Shown here in pieces: positions 1 to 13,361 of a stretch of 64,000 nt of DNA. Source of the DNA: Octopus bimaculoides (Eukaryota); assembly GCF_001194135.2 (NCBI RefSeq), contig NC_068982.1:137199103-137263102 (forward strand), read 5' to 3'. The notes below the pieces were generated by a model, which did not search any database, had not been told where the DNA came from, and saw nothing but the letters and a program-made list of their open reading frames with translations. A program made the translations under genes and the position numbers. Every line of letters starts with the position of its first letter. Position 1 is the first letter of the stretch.

Positions 1-1877
1 TGGTTTACAAACATATGTAGTTTCTGTTAATTCATCCCCCCCCCCCAACCACCACAACCGATATATTTGTCAATCATTTTGCTAGTTCCAATTAATGAGA
101 AGTGAAAACAAAACAGACATTTCTGTGGGATTTGCAAAAATCCAATTTGTTTTAAATTATTATACTTATATATATATATTCGCATCTATTCCATCTTTAA
201 CACGAAATAACTTCTAAAATACGAAATTTTGTCAAAAACGTTCAGAGTACATGAGAAATTCTACCAGTATTCAGTTTCAAACTGTTTAGTTAAAAAAAAA
301 AAATGAATTAAAATATTTGTGATTGAGAGGGAATAGATCCTATATCTTCTAACTTTTAAATAACTTCAATTTTATATACATATATATACATGTGTGTGTG
401 TGTGTGTGTGCGTGTGTGTGTGTGTGTGTGTGCGTACATATATATATACATACAAACGCATGTGTGTATTTGCGTGTGTATATGCATGTAAAGTGTATGT
501 ATATGAATGTTGTAAAAAAAATTGAGTACTTTTCTTTCAACTAATCAGTTTATTTTGCCATGTTAGCTCTATCAGCATTAAGGTACTCTCTCTCTCCCTC
601 GTGGTTTGTTTTTAATTGGCATGGCCTATTTATAAATTACATCAATGTAGCACATATGTAAGGAAATCAATTTCGTGTGAATGCCAGCATTTGTAACCCT
701 ACTGCATACATATATAAGATGGCTTATTTCGGCCGTTTGCCTCCATTTAATCTTTCTTCTTTCACTGCAACACGAGACAGAGATGTTATTATACAGCTTT
801 TCCTCATTTCTAATTGTATACTATAAAAGGCTCCAGACCTACTTGCTATTTCCACTTGCTTATGATGTTCTGTATGAGATGACAAGAGTGGATTTCATTA
901 CAGTTGAACATGAATGATTCATCCCACTTCTTCCAAGTCCTAAAAATTATTCATAAATAATACATTGGCCTTGTGTCCTTCTTCTTTTGCAATAGATGAA
1001 GGATGTATAAAATGTAATGAAACTGCACCAATAACCTAATGACCTCCCATCCTCTATCCCCCACCCCCCAAAATAACATTTGATTCAATGGTTTTGCTTT
1101 TATACTGCACCATAAAGGAATTGTTTAGCAGACAAAGATTATTTATTATTATTATAATCATTGTAACGTTTTGTGAAAAAAAAAAAAAATGATTCCTAAT
1201 TATAAAGGAGGTGGTTTAAGCAGGTCTTGTACAATTATGTTAATTTTATGGTCTAAAATTGTAGGTGGGGAATTAAAATGTTGTTCCTGAGAAGAATGTG
1301 AGGCTGATCAGTTGAATCAATACCTTTTATGGCATATCTATCAGGAAGGGTATTGATTGAGAATTTATGAGTTTGTCTTGTTCTGATAGTGAATAATAAC
1401 CTTTTGTGTGTTCTTATCATTTTAAAACATTACTAAAGCATTTAAGTCTGTTGGGGGGGGGGGGNNNNNNNNNNNNNNNNNNNNNNNNNNNNNNNNNNNN
1501 NNNNNNNNNNNNNNNNNNNNNNNNNNNNNNNNNNNNNNNNNNNNNNNNNNNNNNNNNNNNNNNNNNTTTTTTCTTTTTTTTTTCTTTCAAGAATTATATC
1601 CTTCTACAATTAACATGTTGACATGTATTTATGTGTCTGTCTTATTTTTACCAGTTGAAGGTCAGAGAGAAAATGAATAGAAGTTGGGCGAGGATTGGAA
1701 ATGAGTGGCTGCTGAAATTAATGATAGGCATTAATGAAGCTGAAAAATAAATGATTAAACCATTTTGAGCACACAAATAAAGATATTGAAATTACTGTAG
1801 GGCATATAAGACACGTATTTTTCACCAACAAAATATCAAGAGAATCACCCCAGATTGTACATGTGAAGCTACATTAA

Positions 1878-2098
1878 CCACTTTGATACCAACATGACTG
1901 AACCTGCACTTGGTTCTATAATGCATACTCCTTGTTTTAAAGTGACTAAATTAAAATCTTCCATCAAATATTCATGCTAATTCATGCTCCAAACACCAGC
2001 TTAAAAACGACAAAGCTCGTTTACTAAATTCTTCATAATTTTCAAAATTAATTGAAACATAGGTAGTGTATTTAAATTGCAGTATGATAGCAAAAAGG
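1878..2098. mobile_element. piggyBac-type MITE, diverged relative of the 5243/55709 family
   Basis: TTAA at 1874-1877 and 2099-2102. Degenerate ends ccactttgatac / gatagcaaaaagg. Shares internal motifs attaaaatcttcc, tttactaaattc and taattgaaa with the 55709 copy. Confidence 0.65.
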
Positions 2099-2427
2099 TT
2101 AAATATTACATGCTTTAATGCTCTTAGCACATTTGTTTTACTCCTAATTAGGCAATGTTGAAATTGTGGTGCTTCTAATTTTCCCTTTTGTCTGTTATAC
2201 CATCAAATATCTGTTTTCTTTTCAGTGTATTACATCATACAGATGTTTCATATCTTATCAATATCATATTGAGTTGTTTATTGACTCTAGTCTCAATATA
2301 TTATGTTGCAATCTTTTGAACATTTCGCAGCATGATAGGGTTTCATCTCTAGAGGTAGTTGCAGTGACCTCTGGGGTTAAGACCATGGACTTGAGATCAG
2401 TGTTGTGACTGCAAAATGTCCCACTGG

Positions 2428-3135
2428 TGCAGGTATGCTTTGTGGCTAACAAGCCCTCTTTGCAACCACATGGTTTCGGGTTCAGTCCCACTGTATGGTA
2501 TCTTGGGCAAGTGACTTTTATTATAGCGCTGGGCCAACCAATGCCTTGCAAATGCATTTAGTTAGCAAAAACTGTGTGGAAGCCTGTCCTCAGTGTGTGT
2601 AGATGCTGGTGTGGCTGTGTGGTATGAAGCTTGATTCCCAACCCCATGGTTCCTGGGTCAATCTCACTGCATGGCACCTTGGGCAAGTGTCTTCTGCTAT
2701 AGCGTTAGGCTGACCAAAGCCTTGTGAGTGGATTTGGCAAACGGAAACTAAAAAAGAAGCACACTGTGTGTGTGTGTGTGTGTGTATATATTTATGTGTC
2801 TGTGTTTGTCCCTTCACCATCACTTGACAACCGATGTTGGTGTGTTTACGTAACTGTAACTTAGCCATTCGGCGAAAGAGACCGTTAGAATAAGTACTAG
2901 GCTTGCAAAGAATAAGTCGTGGGATTGATTTGTTCAACTAAAGGCAGTGCTCCAGCATGGCCACAGTCAAGTCACTGAAAGAAATAAGAGAATAAAGAAT
3001 ATATATAATTTAGTAATTTAACAAAAGAGATTGAAAGAATAAGTCCCAGTCTTCATAAATACAGAGTCCAATTTGTTCAACTAAAGCCCTTCAGGGCGGT
3101 GCTTCAGCATGGCCACAGTCCAGTGGCTTTAGCAA
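2428..3135 (+). mobile_element. Nested tRNA-derived SINEs (family A): younger full copy 2605-2998 inside an older copy (head 2428-2590, tail about 3040-3135)
   Basis: Head tggctgtgtggta... with B-box-like ggttcagtccc, then ccttgggcaagtgtcttc, central (TG/TA)n and tail ...ccagcatggccacagtc. The motifs occur twice, in nested order. Confidence 0.8.
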
Positions 3136-3439
3136 GTAGAAGGTACTGGCATTTTTCAAAGCTTTTTGCAAATTAGTTTGTTTTTTCCAGTTTGCTAGAC
3201 CTAAAAGTGGTAACATTCTCTCAGTAGGCTTATCTTTCTTCCTGCTATCAAAATAATTGCTCCCACAATTACAGTTATTTGAACAAATTAAAATCATTCC
3301 ATTGCTGTTAGTATGGCAGAAAAGGAAAAAACTTTCCTGTTCAGTCTGTATTTTAAGAAACTAAGGAAAATTAATTGTGAACATTTTAGGATCAAATCTT
3401 TTAAAATTTTGCCAATTTACTGCTGGAGAATTCTTTTAT

Positions 3440-4218
3440 CTTACGCTTGCATTAGTCATTGGACTGCAACCATGTTGGGGCACTACTTTGTAGGGCTTTA
3501 GACAAACAAATCATCACCCCGTCTTTTTTAGTCTGGTATATACTCTATTGGTGTTTTTTGCCAACTGCTAAGTTACAGAAATGAAAATGAACCGGCACCT
3601 GTTGTCAGGTGGTGGTGGTGGTGGTGGTGATGTAACAAGTACAGACATATAGAAATGCATGTGTGTCTGTATTGGCACAGACATGGCTGTGTGGTAAGAA
3701 CCAGCTACATGGCTCTAGGTTGAGTCCCACTGCATACCACCTTGGGCAAGTGTCTTCTACAAAAGCCTCGGAGGTAACTAAAGCCTTGTAAGTAAATTTG
3801 ATAGATGGAAACTGAAAGAAGTCTGTCATTGGCTGTGTGGTAAGTAGCTTGCTTACCAACCACATGGTTTTGGGTTCATTCCCACTGCATGGCACCTTGG
3901 GTAAGTGTCTTCTACTATAGCCTCAGGCCAACCAAAGCCTTGTGAGTGGATTTGGTTGACGGAAACTGAAAGAAGCCTGTTGTATATATGTATATATATA
4001 TATATATATATATGTGTTTGTGTGTCTGTGTTTGTCTCCCCAACATCGCTTGACAACCGATGGTGGTGTGTTTAGGTCCCCGTAACTTAGCGGTTCGGCA
4101 AAAGAGACCGATAGAATAAGTACTAGGCATCCAAGGAATAAGTCCTGGGGTCGATTTGCTTGACTAAAGGCGGTGCTCCAGCATGGCCGCAGTCAAATGA
4201 CTGAAACAAGTAAAAGAG

Positions 4219-4249
<31 letters not shown>

Positions 4250-4450
4250 GTGTGTATGTATGTATACATATGTAAACGTATGTGTATGTATGCATAAGAT
4301 ATATATATGCATGGGCTTCTGCACAACCTCCATCTACCAAATTCATTCACAAGGCATTGATTGGTCCAGCACTATAATCGTAGACGTTTGTCTAAGGTAC
4401 TCCAAAGCAAGACTGAACCCAAATCCCGTGTGATTACAAAGCAGCCATGC
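3440..4450. mobile_element. SINE family A cluster: minus-strand copy (tail 3440-3640, head 4308-4450) split by two plus-strand copies (head 3677-3825, full copy 3830-4218)
   Basis: Recognisable head and tail blocks of the same family in both orientations, separated by (TA)n/(CA)n. Confidence 0.8.
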
Positions 4451-4904
4451 CATTTTTTAAATTCTGACAAAAGTTCATTCTTGATATATTATCAATCAAT
4501 CAAATCTGCCATTGTTATCCCTCTGCTTTACTTGTTTTCTTTCCATAACTATTGGCTTTGGGCATCTGCTCTCTATCTCATGTCAGATCTTTTCCATTCA
4601 TTCCTTCATTGTGTTTGGTTTTATCCCCTGTTTTTTTTTGTTTTTTTTTTCTTTTCTGATCTCTTTGAATCCAGTCTGTCAGATTTTTCATCCACCTGAT
4701 ATTATCACTCATCCATCCCATTTCCATATCAATAATGAATGTTGAATAATGACCAAAAGAATATAATCGCCAATATGAGTGGCCGTAGTATCATTACTAG
4801 AAGTGCATAGCTAGGAGATCAGAGAGTAGAGAGAAAACACAGCTAAGCAGAGGAGTAAGTTCTGAAAGTTTACAAGACTTCCTTACTGGTTGTGCTGTTG
4901 ACGA

Positions 4905-5165
4905 AGGTGTCAGTAACGAAGCTACAAAAACGTTAGAGAAACAAATAAAGATTGTTGTAATTCAATTTGCTGTACTAACAAATGAGAAAAAATAGTGTCA
5001 ACGAATGCAGCAGATTTATCAGCAACTAAATAAGGAAAAGATATTTTAAGGTTTGTGAGGAAAGTAGAAAAACTGGATTGTAATGGTGAGAGAGAAACTT
5101 GTGCTGTTGAGAGGAAAAGATGTCTCAAATTAATTTATAAAACATAATGAAAGGTGCATAAAATA
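4905..5165 (-). mobile_element. Decayed LINE fragment (probable endonuclease region), second copy of 8810-9065
   Basis: Shares ttagagaaaca(a/g)ataaaga, aaagtagaaaaactggattg.aatggtgagaga and ctcaaatta with 8810-9065. Confidence 0.5.
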
Positions 5166-5242
5166 TTCATAAAATGATAGAATGACATAATAGTGTGTGT
5201 TGTTCTATGTTAATACAGGGTAAAATTATTGCATATCTTTAA

Positions 5243-5462
5243 CCCTTTCGTTACTGTATTTATTTTGAGATGCTCTGTGTTTCTTTCAATTACTTTAAAT
5301 ATAACAAAGAATTTAGTAAAATAACTTAGTTATCATTCAGCTAGCGTTAGGAACATAAATTGTGACTAAGGTTTGGTGGAAGATTTTAATTCAAAGCTTA
5401 TGAAAACAGGACATTTGTACTCAGAGCCATAACTGGTTTCAGCCAGGTTGGTAACGAAAGGG
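5243..5462. mobile_element. piggyBac-type MITE, 220 bp
   Basis: Perfect 12-bp TIR ccctttcgttac / gtaacgaaaggg, flanked by TTAA at 5239-5242 and 5463-5466. Confidence 0.9.
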
Positions 5463-5826
5463 TTAAACCCGTATTAAAGGTATGTAGTGGTAAAAGTGAT
5501 GAAAGAAGGGCTAAGCAAAAAGTTTAATGTTGAGTTTGAGGGGCAGGACAATATGAATGACTAACAGAAGAGAGATGGTTGCATTGGACAGAGGTGGTGG
5601 TGGTGGTGGGCAGCTTCCTGGCTTAGAGAAGCAGAATCTATTATAGAATGAGAAGAGACAAGAAACATGATATATGGATTGTGATGTATTGATGAGTGAA
5701 TCTCAGCCATAATGACAGCTGACCCATTTTTTTTTTTATGCAGTCACAAATGTTTTTATGTGTAAAAATAGCAGTACCGCACACACACACACACACACAC
5801 TATACATACATACATACATATATATA

Positions 5827-5862
<36 letters not shown>

Positions 5863-6142
5863 TGATATTCTTCAAGCCTAATTAGGTTACTTATGAAGAA
5901 AGTAAGCGATCCCTACAAACTATGAGTCCACAAGCCCGTTCTATTTTCCAAGAATGAAAGATAACCCAGAATAACAAGACTAAGATATAAGAGATTCACA
6001 ACTGAGCATAACATATGGCTATATTCCCATCATTTGCCCAAATGAATAGCACTCTGGTTTCAAGTCCATTCAATCCAGCAGTGACCACAGCACTAAAAAT
6101 ATATATGTGGGCAGAACTTTGAGAGTCACTTTCAAGCTTTGT

Positions 6143-6584
6143 AAAAATTTTGGTGCCGGTGGCACATAAAAAGCGCCATTTGAGTGCAATCATTTACAGC
6201 TTCGCCTTACTGGCACTCGTGCCGGTGGCATGTGAATAAAACATTGGACTGACTCCTGAGCACGATTGTTTCCAGCTTCACCTTACTGGCACTCGTGCCA
6301 GTGGCATGTGAATAAAACATTAGACTGACTCTTGTGCAGGTGGCACGTAAAAAAACACCATTTGAGCGTGGCCATTGCTAGTACGGCCGGATTGGTCCTC
6401 GTGCTGGTGGCACGTAAAAAGCACCCACTGCACTCTCAGAGTGGTTGGTATTAGGAAGGGCATCCAGCTGTAGAAACTCTGCCAGATCAGAAAGGAGTCT
6501 GGTGTAGCCATCTGGTTCGTCAGTCCTCAGTCAAATCATCCAACCCATGCTAGCATGGAAAGCAGACGTTAAATGATGATGATG
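6143..6584 (+). mobile_element. RTE-LINE 3' UTR copy (5'-truncated) with gtggcacgtaaaa minisatellite and (GAT)n tail
   Basis: Tandem ...gccggtggca(c/t)gt... units, then taggaagggcatccagctgtagaaac...catggaaagcagacgttaaatgatgatgatga. Confidence 0.85.
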
Positions 6585-6639
6585 AATTATACAAAATAGA
6601 AAAATGTTTGACCCTGAAGAGGAAACCTGGTCTTTGGCA

Positions 6640-9070
6640 TGCAGTTTTGGCAATGTTAAATGTACCCATCAAAGGTTATGAAATCTTGCAGTTGAAGTGG
6701 TTTTAAGGATTTTAGATGTGTATGCTGTTCATGAACAGGTGTAATGCAAAGCTGCTATGTATGTATACAGTGGTTGTACTTTGGACTGTTGTAGGAAGCT
6801 AGGTTGTCACATCCTTACTGGAAAATATTTTTGTGGCCTCTGTTGATGGTAGAATAGGCAAGTTGTGTGTGAGATGTCTTGCTTGTATTGAGATGACACT
6901 TGTGTGCAGAAGGTTAAAGAGGGGTGAAAAGTGGTATTACCTGCATAGGAATAAGGTGTGCTTAGAACTAACAGCAAGAACATTATTTTTGTAATAAATG
7001 AAAATTGATATACACCAGTTGACAGATTTTGAGCCTGACCTCTGCCAACACACTGCAATAGCATGGCCTGGCAGGAAATTTTCTTACCAATTGACTAAAA
7101 TCCAGAACCTGAGAAAGCCGGTAACTGTATTGGCGGTAATTAGTCAACAGTAGAATATGCTTATTGGCAGCAATTAGTCAATTGGGTGAATTTGCCAAGC
7201 TCAGTTATCATGCCTAGTAGACAAGACGAGTAGAGTTCATAGGCAAGTAGCTTAATGATGGAATTTTCATGCTAGATGTTATCTAAATTCCTTGCTGATT
7301 TTAAGAACATCATTGCCTTTGATGAACTTTTCAAAGATGAGAGATTATTGTTGAGTGAAATAAGAAATGTCTATTATTGATTTGGCTAATGGAAACTATA
7401 TTTGTTCTCAATTAGAAGGGAAAGAGACTCAGTTATAAAAGAAAACTATGGCTAGATCACAGATTGCTTTTCTTGGGAATAGGATGCTGTTGTATGTTAC
7501 TGTAGAAGAGATATGTTGGGGGAGAGAGTGGGGAGGACTGAAAATTTTGGTGAGGGCCATGGAAGAAACTCTGAGCTCTGGTTGGATTGAGCTGAAAGGT
7601 GTTTATACTCGGTGACATTCCATAGGGTTGAGATCAGTAAAGTCAAGAAAGGGATTCAGAGAAAAGATTTTATTGTTTGGGCAATGTTGAATTAGAAATG
7701 AGTTTCAAATTTCATATGTAAATGTGCTACTGATGTTTTGATTGAGTGGTGGCTGGTAGGAACATGCTACAAAGTTAGATCCACTTGGCAAGGAACCAGG
7801 GGAACCAAGCTGCAATTTTCTAGGCAAAAACAAAACAACAACAAACCTTACAAATGGTGATGCACAAAGATGTCTTTGTTTTCTTAATAGTTGTTGTGTA
7901 GGCGTTGTGACAGTGGGTTTGAATACCTTCCTGTTAGCAATAATGTATGATCTGCTCTTGATGTTTTAGACTGTGTTCTTCACTTATACAACAGCACTGC
8001 TGGAAGTGAACCAATTAGGTTCACTTCCAGCTTTGGTTACATTTGGAACATACCTCAGAAAATGGCATTGCACTTGCCTTCTAAGCCCTCACATTAATCA
8101 GAGCAGAAACACATTTACTAGCAAAGATATAATAGACTTGGCAGACTTTGATTAGTTAGCTAACTTGAGGTACCAGGAGAGGTAGGAGGAGGATATGGTG
8201 GGGTTGTTATGTTGTGGGATGGGGGTGATCAAAATGATAGAGGTTGATGATTTTATGACAGATTGTGAAGGCTACGTTTAGAACTGAGAAAGAGTTTGAG
8301 AATGTTTGTAGAGTCTGTGTTAGTATTGATCTACTCCTATATATTGATTATATGTGAAGTTGATGTGCTTCTGTGTCTGGTTTGATTTTGGAAATATATG
8401 ATTTCATGGTAGGGTGGTGGGTTAATATATACATGCAGGCTGGTTATATGATATTCATATGAATCATTATTTAAAAGGTCATTGATTGGAAAGATTTTAT
8501 TGTTAAAGTGTAAGTGGTGTCAGTAATAAACCAATCCTTTTTTGATGTTCCTAGTAAAAGAAAAAATAATTGGACTCTGTTAGAGTGAGACATGATAAAG
8601 CTTTTTCACTTTTTAATGTATTGGGTGATGGTGGGGTGGTGATTGGCTAGAACCATTGGAATGTATATTAGAAACTGGGAAGAGAAATTTAAGAATAAAT
8701 TAGAACATGTTTATTGAAGTGCTCTAAGTGTATGGTATGTTGAATCTAATGTATTGCTCCATTTTAATGACACTTCTTCCTTTTTTCATTCTGGATATTA
8801 TTGTTGTGGGTGTTAGTAATGAAGTTGCAAAAAGATTAGAGAAACAGATAAAGAATGTTGAAATTTGACTAGCTATACCACCAAATGAGAAAAAAAACTG
8901 TCTTGAAATGCAATAATCAGCGAGTATATTACAGCAAAACTATTTTGAAGTAAGTCAGCAAAGTAGAAAAACTGGATTGAAATGGTGAGAGAAAATGTTC
9001 TATTGAGAGGAAAGGTGTATCTCAAATTAGTTCATAAAATATATAATGAATGGTGTATAAATATTCATCA
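6640..9070 (-). mobile_element. Heavily decayed CR1-like LINE (RT plus probable endonuclease)
   Basis: Minus-strand relic motifs: SYAGNTT (=SYADDST, 6931-6953), Q*GCDNLASYN (=QWGxDNLVSFN), SKEF/DNI*HENSIIKLLAY (=SKAFDRVWHxxLLxKLxxY, from about 7296 down), HPIPKKSN (=QPIPKKG, 7462-7483), PNWFTSSSAV (=PWFxxxC). Many stops and frameshifts. Confidence 0.75.
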
Positions 9071-10537
9071 AGTGGTGAAAATTCATTGAAGGATATGCTG
9101 TTGTATCACTTTAAACCTGTAACAGTGGTGTATAGTATTAAATGAATATTGCCTACAGCAAAAAATTTCTTCCATGATAAACTACAGAGAATGGCTTTCT
9201 TACATATTTGAACTGGTAGCAAGTTTGTTTTTCTACACATCACTGTTTACCACTACTGTCACCCCGTATTTTATTTGCTGCAAGCTGCTGAATAATGCAA
9301 CCAGTCATTGAACAATGATGTGAATATCATAAGTGGGACCTGTCTCTTGTGTCAGTCTGCAGCATATACCTTTCTCACTGTCCGTTGCTGAAGAGGAGAT
9401 AACCATTCTAAAATGCATGCAGTCCACTGTCTGGTTAGGGAGTGCTGTGAACTAGTTCAGTGTATTTATGTCTATTTGTCTACAGTCAGAAATGTTATCC
9501 AAGACAAAATATAATGAATGGCTTTCTTATGGGTTCAAATATACCACTAGCATAAACTGGTAATAAATATTGTCTCTTAAATATTGTTTGGTATCATGTC
9601 TTGAAACTAATACAAAGATAGCTGACACAAATTTGACTATAGGCTTCTCCTGAAAGATCCTAAGAACCAAACTTGGAGGGTGGGATTATAATTGGGTATG
9701 TATCTTGTCTCAAAGGTTTTATTTGAAACATTTGGATAACTGTTTAGTAATAATGGCTACATTGCTGAGAATTTTTAAAGAACTGAAGTAACTACTGTGT
9801 ATCAATAATGGAACAGTCTCAGAAAGAATGATTGTTAATTGGGTACATTCAGAAGCGTTGATCTAACAGAGGCAAAGGAACTAAATGAATGCTTATGTGT
9901 GGCCCACAAGCTCAGCATGTCAGGTATTGTCTTGGGCTGTAGTTCCAAAAGTTGTCTTTCAATAAAGACAATCTGACTACTTAAGGGCACAGATAATGGA
10001 CAATGGCAGACATTACATAATACATAGTATATTTTAATAATGAATTACTGAACAGTTTACTATTAGTTAATCATGTGTGGAAAGGTCTGTTAACCAATAT
10101 GGTGGTATTTGGTCTCAGTTCTATACTACCATAGGTAGTATACAACTACACTAGTCTGATGCACTACAATCCAGTTAGTACTTGGAGTTAAGAAGGGTAG
10201 TTCTTGATATTTGAATTGCATCTGTAGAAATTGATTGTGAAAGATAATCTGTATCTGATTGATAAGATAAATCAGTATATAAGTACATAGGGAAGGCACT
10301 CAGTATATAATCTGCATATAATTGATAATGATTAAACTAAAACCACAAAAGTATTAGAGCTTATACTTGGTGCAGTGTAAAATTTTTCTTTTAAATATTT
10401 ACATTTTATGCTGTTGGAGGTTCAGTGGATATTGGATTTTTCAAAATGAGGAATATATGAAATGTTGTGGTGGAGATTGTAAAACTGATGAATAAAAAAA
10501 AAATCTAGGATAGTTTGAGGTTGCAGAACTTCAGTTA

Positions 10538-10723
10538 TTCTTTTACTTGTTTCAGTCATTTGACTGCGGCCATGCTGGAGCACCGCCTTTAGTCGAGCAG
10601 ATCGACCCCAGGACATATTCTTTGGAAGCCTAGTACTTATACTATCGATCTCTTTTGCCGAACTGCTAAGTTACGGGGACGTAAACACACCAGCATCGGT
10701 TGTCAAGTGATGTTGGGGGACAA

Positions 10724-10757
<34 letters not shown>

Positions 10758-11053
10758 CATCATCATCATCGTTTAACGTCCGCTTTCCATGCTAGCATGG
10801 GTTGGACGATTTGACTGAGGACTGGTGCAACCGGATGGCTACACCAGACTCCAATCTAATTTGGCAGAGTTTCTACAGCTGGATGCCCTTCCTAACGATG
10901 GGCTTCTTTCAGTTTTTGTCTACCAAATCCACTTGCAAGACTTTGGTCGGCCCGAGGCTATAGTAGACACTTACCCAAGGTACCACACAGTGGGAATGAA
11001 CCCTGAACCATGCGGTTGGTAAGCAAGCTACTTACCACACAGCCACTCCTGCG
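10538..11053 (-). mobile_element. SINE family A interrupted in its (TA)n by an RTE 3' UTR fragment (10758-10897)
   Basis: A tail 10538-10735, (CA)(TA)n, (CAT)n-cgtttaacgtccgc...cttcctaacg, then A head atgggcttctttcag...agccactcctgcg. Confidence 0.88.
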
Positions 11054-12235
11054 CCTTGTTGTTCATATCTTGAGAAGCTACCAGGCTTATTGCTATGGGA
11101 CATCAGCTGAAATACCTTTCATAGGTATGAATATTAATTTAGAATCATTGTATGATATTCGCTGTATTCTTTGAGTTATGAAACATTGACATACTTAAAC
11201 AGCAGCAATGGCTGGAAGACAAACAGCAATATGTCACCTAAACTTGCCAGAGATTTTTCTTTCATACATCTGTCTTTAATGTGCTAAAATAATATTTTGG
11301 AAAGTTTGCTTAAGTACAATGTTTCTTCTGAAATTTATGTGTTTGCGCAAAAACATCTGGACAAAACCTATTTACAGGTAGATATTTGTAATACCAGTAG
11401 AAATTATGTTATTCTTTCATTGTAAATAAATTGGTTCAGTTTCTTTAAACACATTAGATTCTCATTTACTTTTCCTCTGTACCTTTCCAGTGTTACATCA
11501 CTGGTATTAAGAAGGATATCCAAGCAGAAAAAGAATATTTCTATACGTGCCAAACAAAATATCTTGCCATTCCTTTGTTTTGATATAATTCTCCTTCCAT
11601 TCCTCTGAGGTTCATAAAATATGTACCAGTCAGTACAAATGAAGGCTAGTGTCAATTTAATCTTCTATATCCTAAAAGATAATATCATACTGTGGCTGTA
11701 CTTTAATCTCCGAAACTAGCTAAGGGTTATGGATACATATGTAGTCATATAAAGTTTGCTTTGCACCTTCATGGTTCCAGGTTCAATCTTACTATGGGGG
11801 ACATAGTCTTTTATTGTAGCCTCAGACTAACGGATGACTTGTAATGGAATTCAATTGACAGAAATATATACACACACACGTGTGGGTGTGTATCTCATAT
11901 CTTGCTTAATTATATTATCATAAATACTTTAACATATTGCTCTAATCTTCTTATTTCCACACACATGAAATACTAAAAGAAAATAGTCACCTAATTTATT
12001 GCTCAAATGCCATTGTTTTGCGGTTGATGAATCAACAGGCTGAGGGTATAGAAATAGTACCATTCTTCCAAAATAAAGGGCTTTAACATGACATTTTCCA
12101 GTAGGACAAATTAAAAAGTGCCACATATCTAGACTTTTTGGTAATAATCTATGAAAGTGTATAGCAGCTGTATTATTTGAATATAGATTTTGTTTAATCC
12201 ACAGCTATTACATACATGCATACATATCCACATAT

Positions 12236-12351
12236 ACATCATCATCATCATCATCATCGTTTAACGTCTGCTTTCCATGCTGGCATGGGTTGGACAGTTT
12301 GATATGGCAAAGTTTCTACAGATGGATGCTTTTCCTAACACCAGCCACTAC

Positions 12352-12389
<38 letters not shown>

Positions 12390-13158
12390 NNNNNNNNNNN
12401 NNNNNNNNNNNNNNNNNNNNNNNNNNNNNNNNNNNNNNNNNNNNNNNNNNNNNNNNNNNNNNNNNNNNNNNNNNNNNNNNNNNNNNNNNNNNNNNNNNNN
12501 NNNNNNNNNNNNNNNNNNNNNNNNNNNNNNNNNNNNNNNNNNNNNNNNNNNNNNNNNNNNNNNNNNNNNNNNNNNNNNNNNNNNNNNNNNNNNNNNNNNN
12601 NNNNNNNNNNNNNNNNNNNNNNNNNNNNNNNNNNNNNNNNNNNNNNNNNNNNNNNNNNNNNNNNNNNNNNNNNNNNNNNNNNNNNNNNNNNNNNNNNNNN
12701 NNNNNNNNNNNNNNNNNNNNNNNNNNNNNNNNNNNNNNNNNNNNNNNNNNNNNNNNNNNNNNNNNNNNNNNNNNNNNNNNNNNNNNNNNNNNNNNNNNNN
12801 NNNNNNNNNNNNNNNNNNNNNNNNNNNNNNNNNNNNNNNNNNNNNNNNNNNNNNNNNNNNNNNNNNNNNNNNNNNNNNNNNNNNNNNNNNNNNNNNNNNN
12901 NNNNNNNNNNNNNNNNNNNNNNNNNNNNNNNNNNNNNNNNNNNNNNNNNNNNNNNNNNNNNNNNNNNNNNNNNNNNNNNNNNNNNNNNNNNNNNNNNNNN
13001 NNNNNNNNNNNNNNNNNNNNNNNNNNNNNNNNNNNNNNNNNNNNNNNNNNNNNNNNNNNNNNAATCAGATTGAAACCCAGTGCAACTCCCAGCTTACTAG
13101 TTTTTCAGTTGCTGTCCACCCCATGCCAGCATGGAAAATGGACGTTAAATGATGATGA
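12236..13158. mobile_element. Two RTE 3' UTR end fragments in opposite orientation (12236-12350 and 13063-13158) flanking an assembly gap
   Basis: (CAT)n-cgtttaacgtctgctttccatgc on the left; catggaaaatggacgttaaatgatgatgat on the right. Confidence 0.75.
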
Positions 13159-13361
13159 TTTGTGTGTGTGTGTTCAATATATTTGTTGTTTAATCTCATC
13201 GTTTGACAATTGCTTCAGATCATTTCCTCATTAGAATCAGTCATGATGTATAGCAGGTCTCAGAAATGAAGAATAGACTTGCAACCTTGATTCAGGTTGC
13301 AAACAACAATGTTGGAATCACGCATTAGCTGAAGCCAAACGGAAATTAAGTAATGATAATA

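Noticed and set aside
719-826. tatataagATGGC-initiated 35-codon ORF MAYFGRLPPFNL... as endophilin exon 1
   Set aside because: Only a superficial LPxFN resemblance, no phase-0 GT donor after a Gln, and it ends in a stop.
1200-1400. Possible decayed Penelope RT on the minus strand (ILLRNNI)
   Set aside because: A single weak motif; not supportable without a profile search.
349-4433. HT-, YI- and CV-repeat ORFs (also elsewhere in the window)
   Set aside because: Translations of (CA)n, (TA)n and (TG)n microsatellites and SINEs.
9100-10320. Faint Penelope- or hAT-like peptide hints (e.g. FSNNGY, KYNEWLSYGF)
   Set aside because: Isolated short matches with no collinear motif series, so no family can be assigned.
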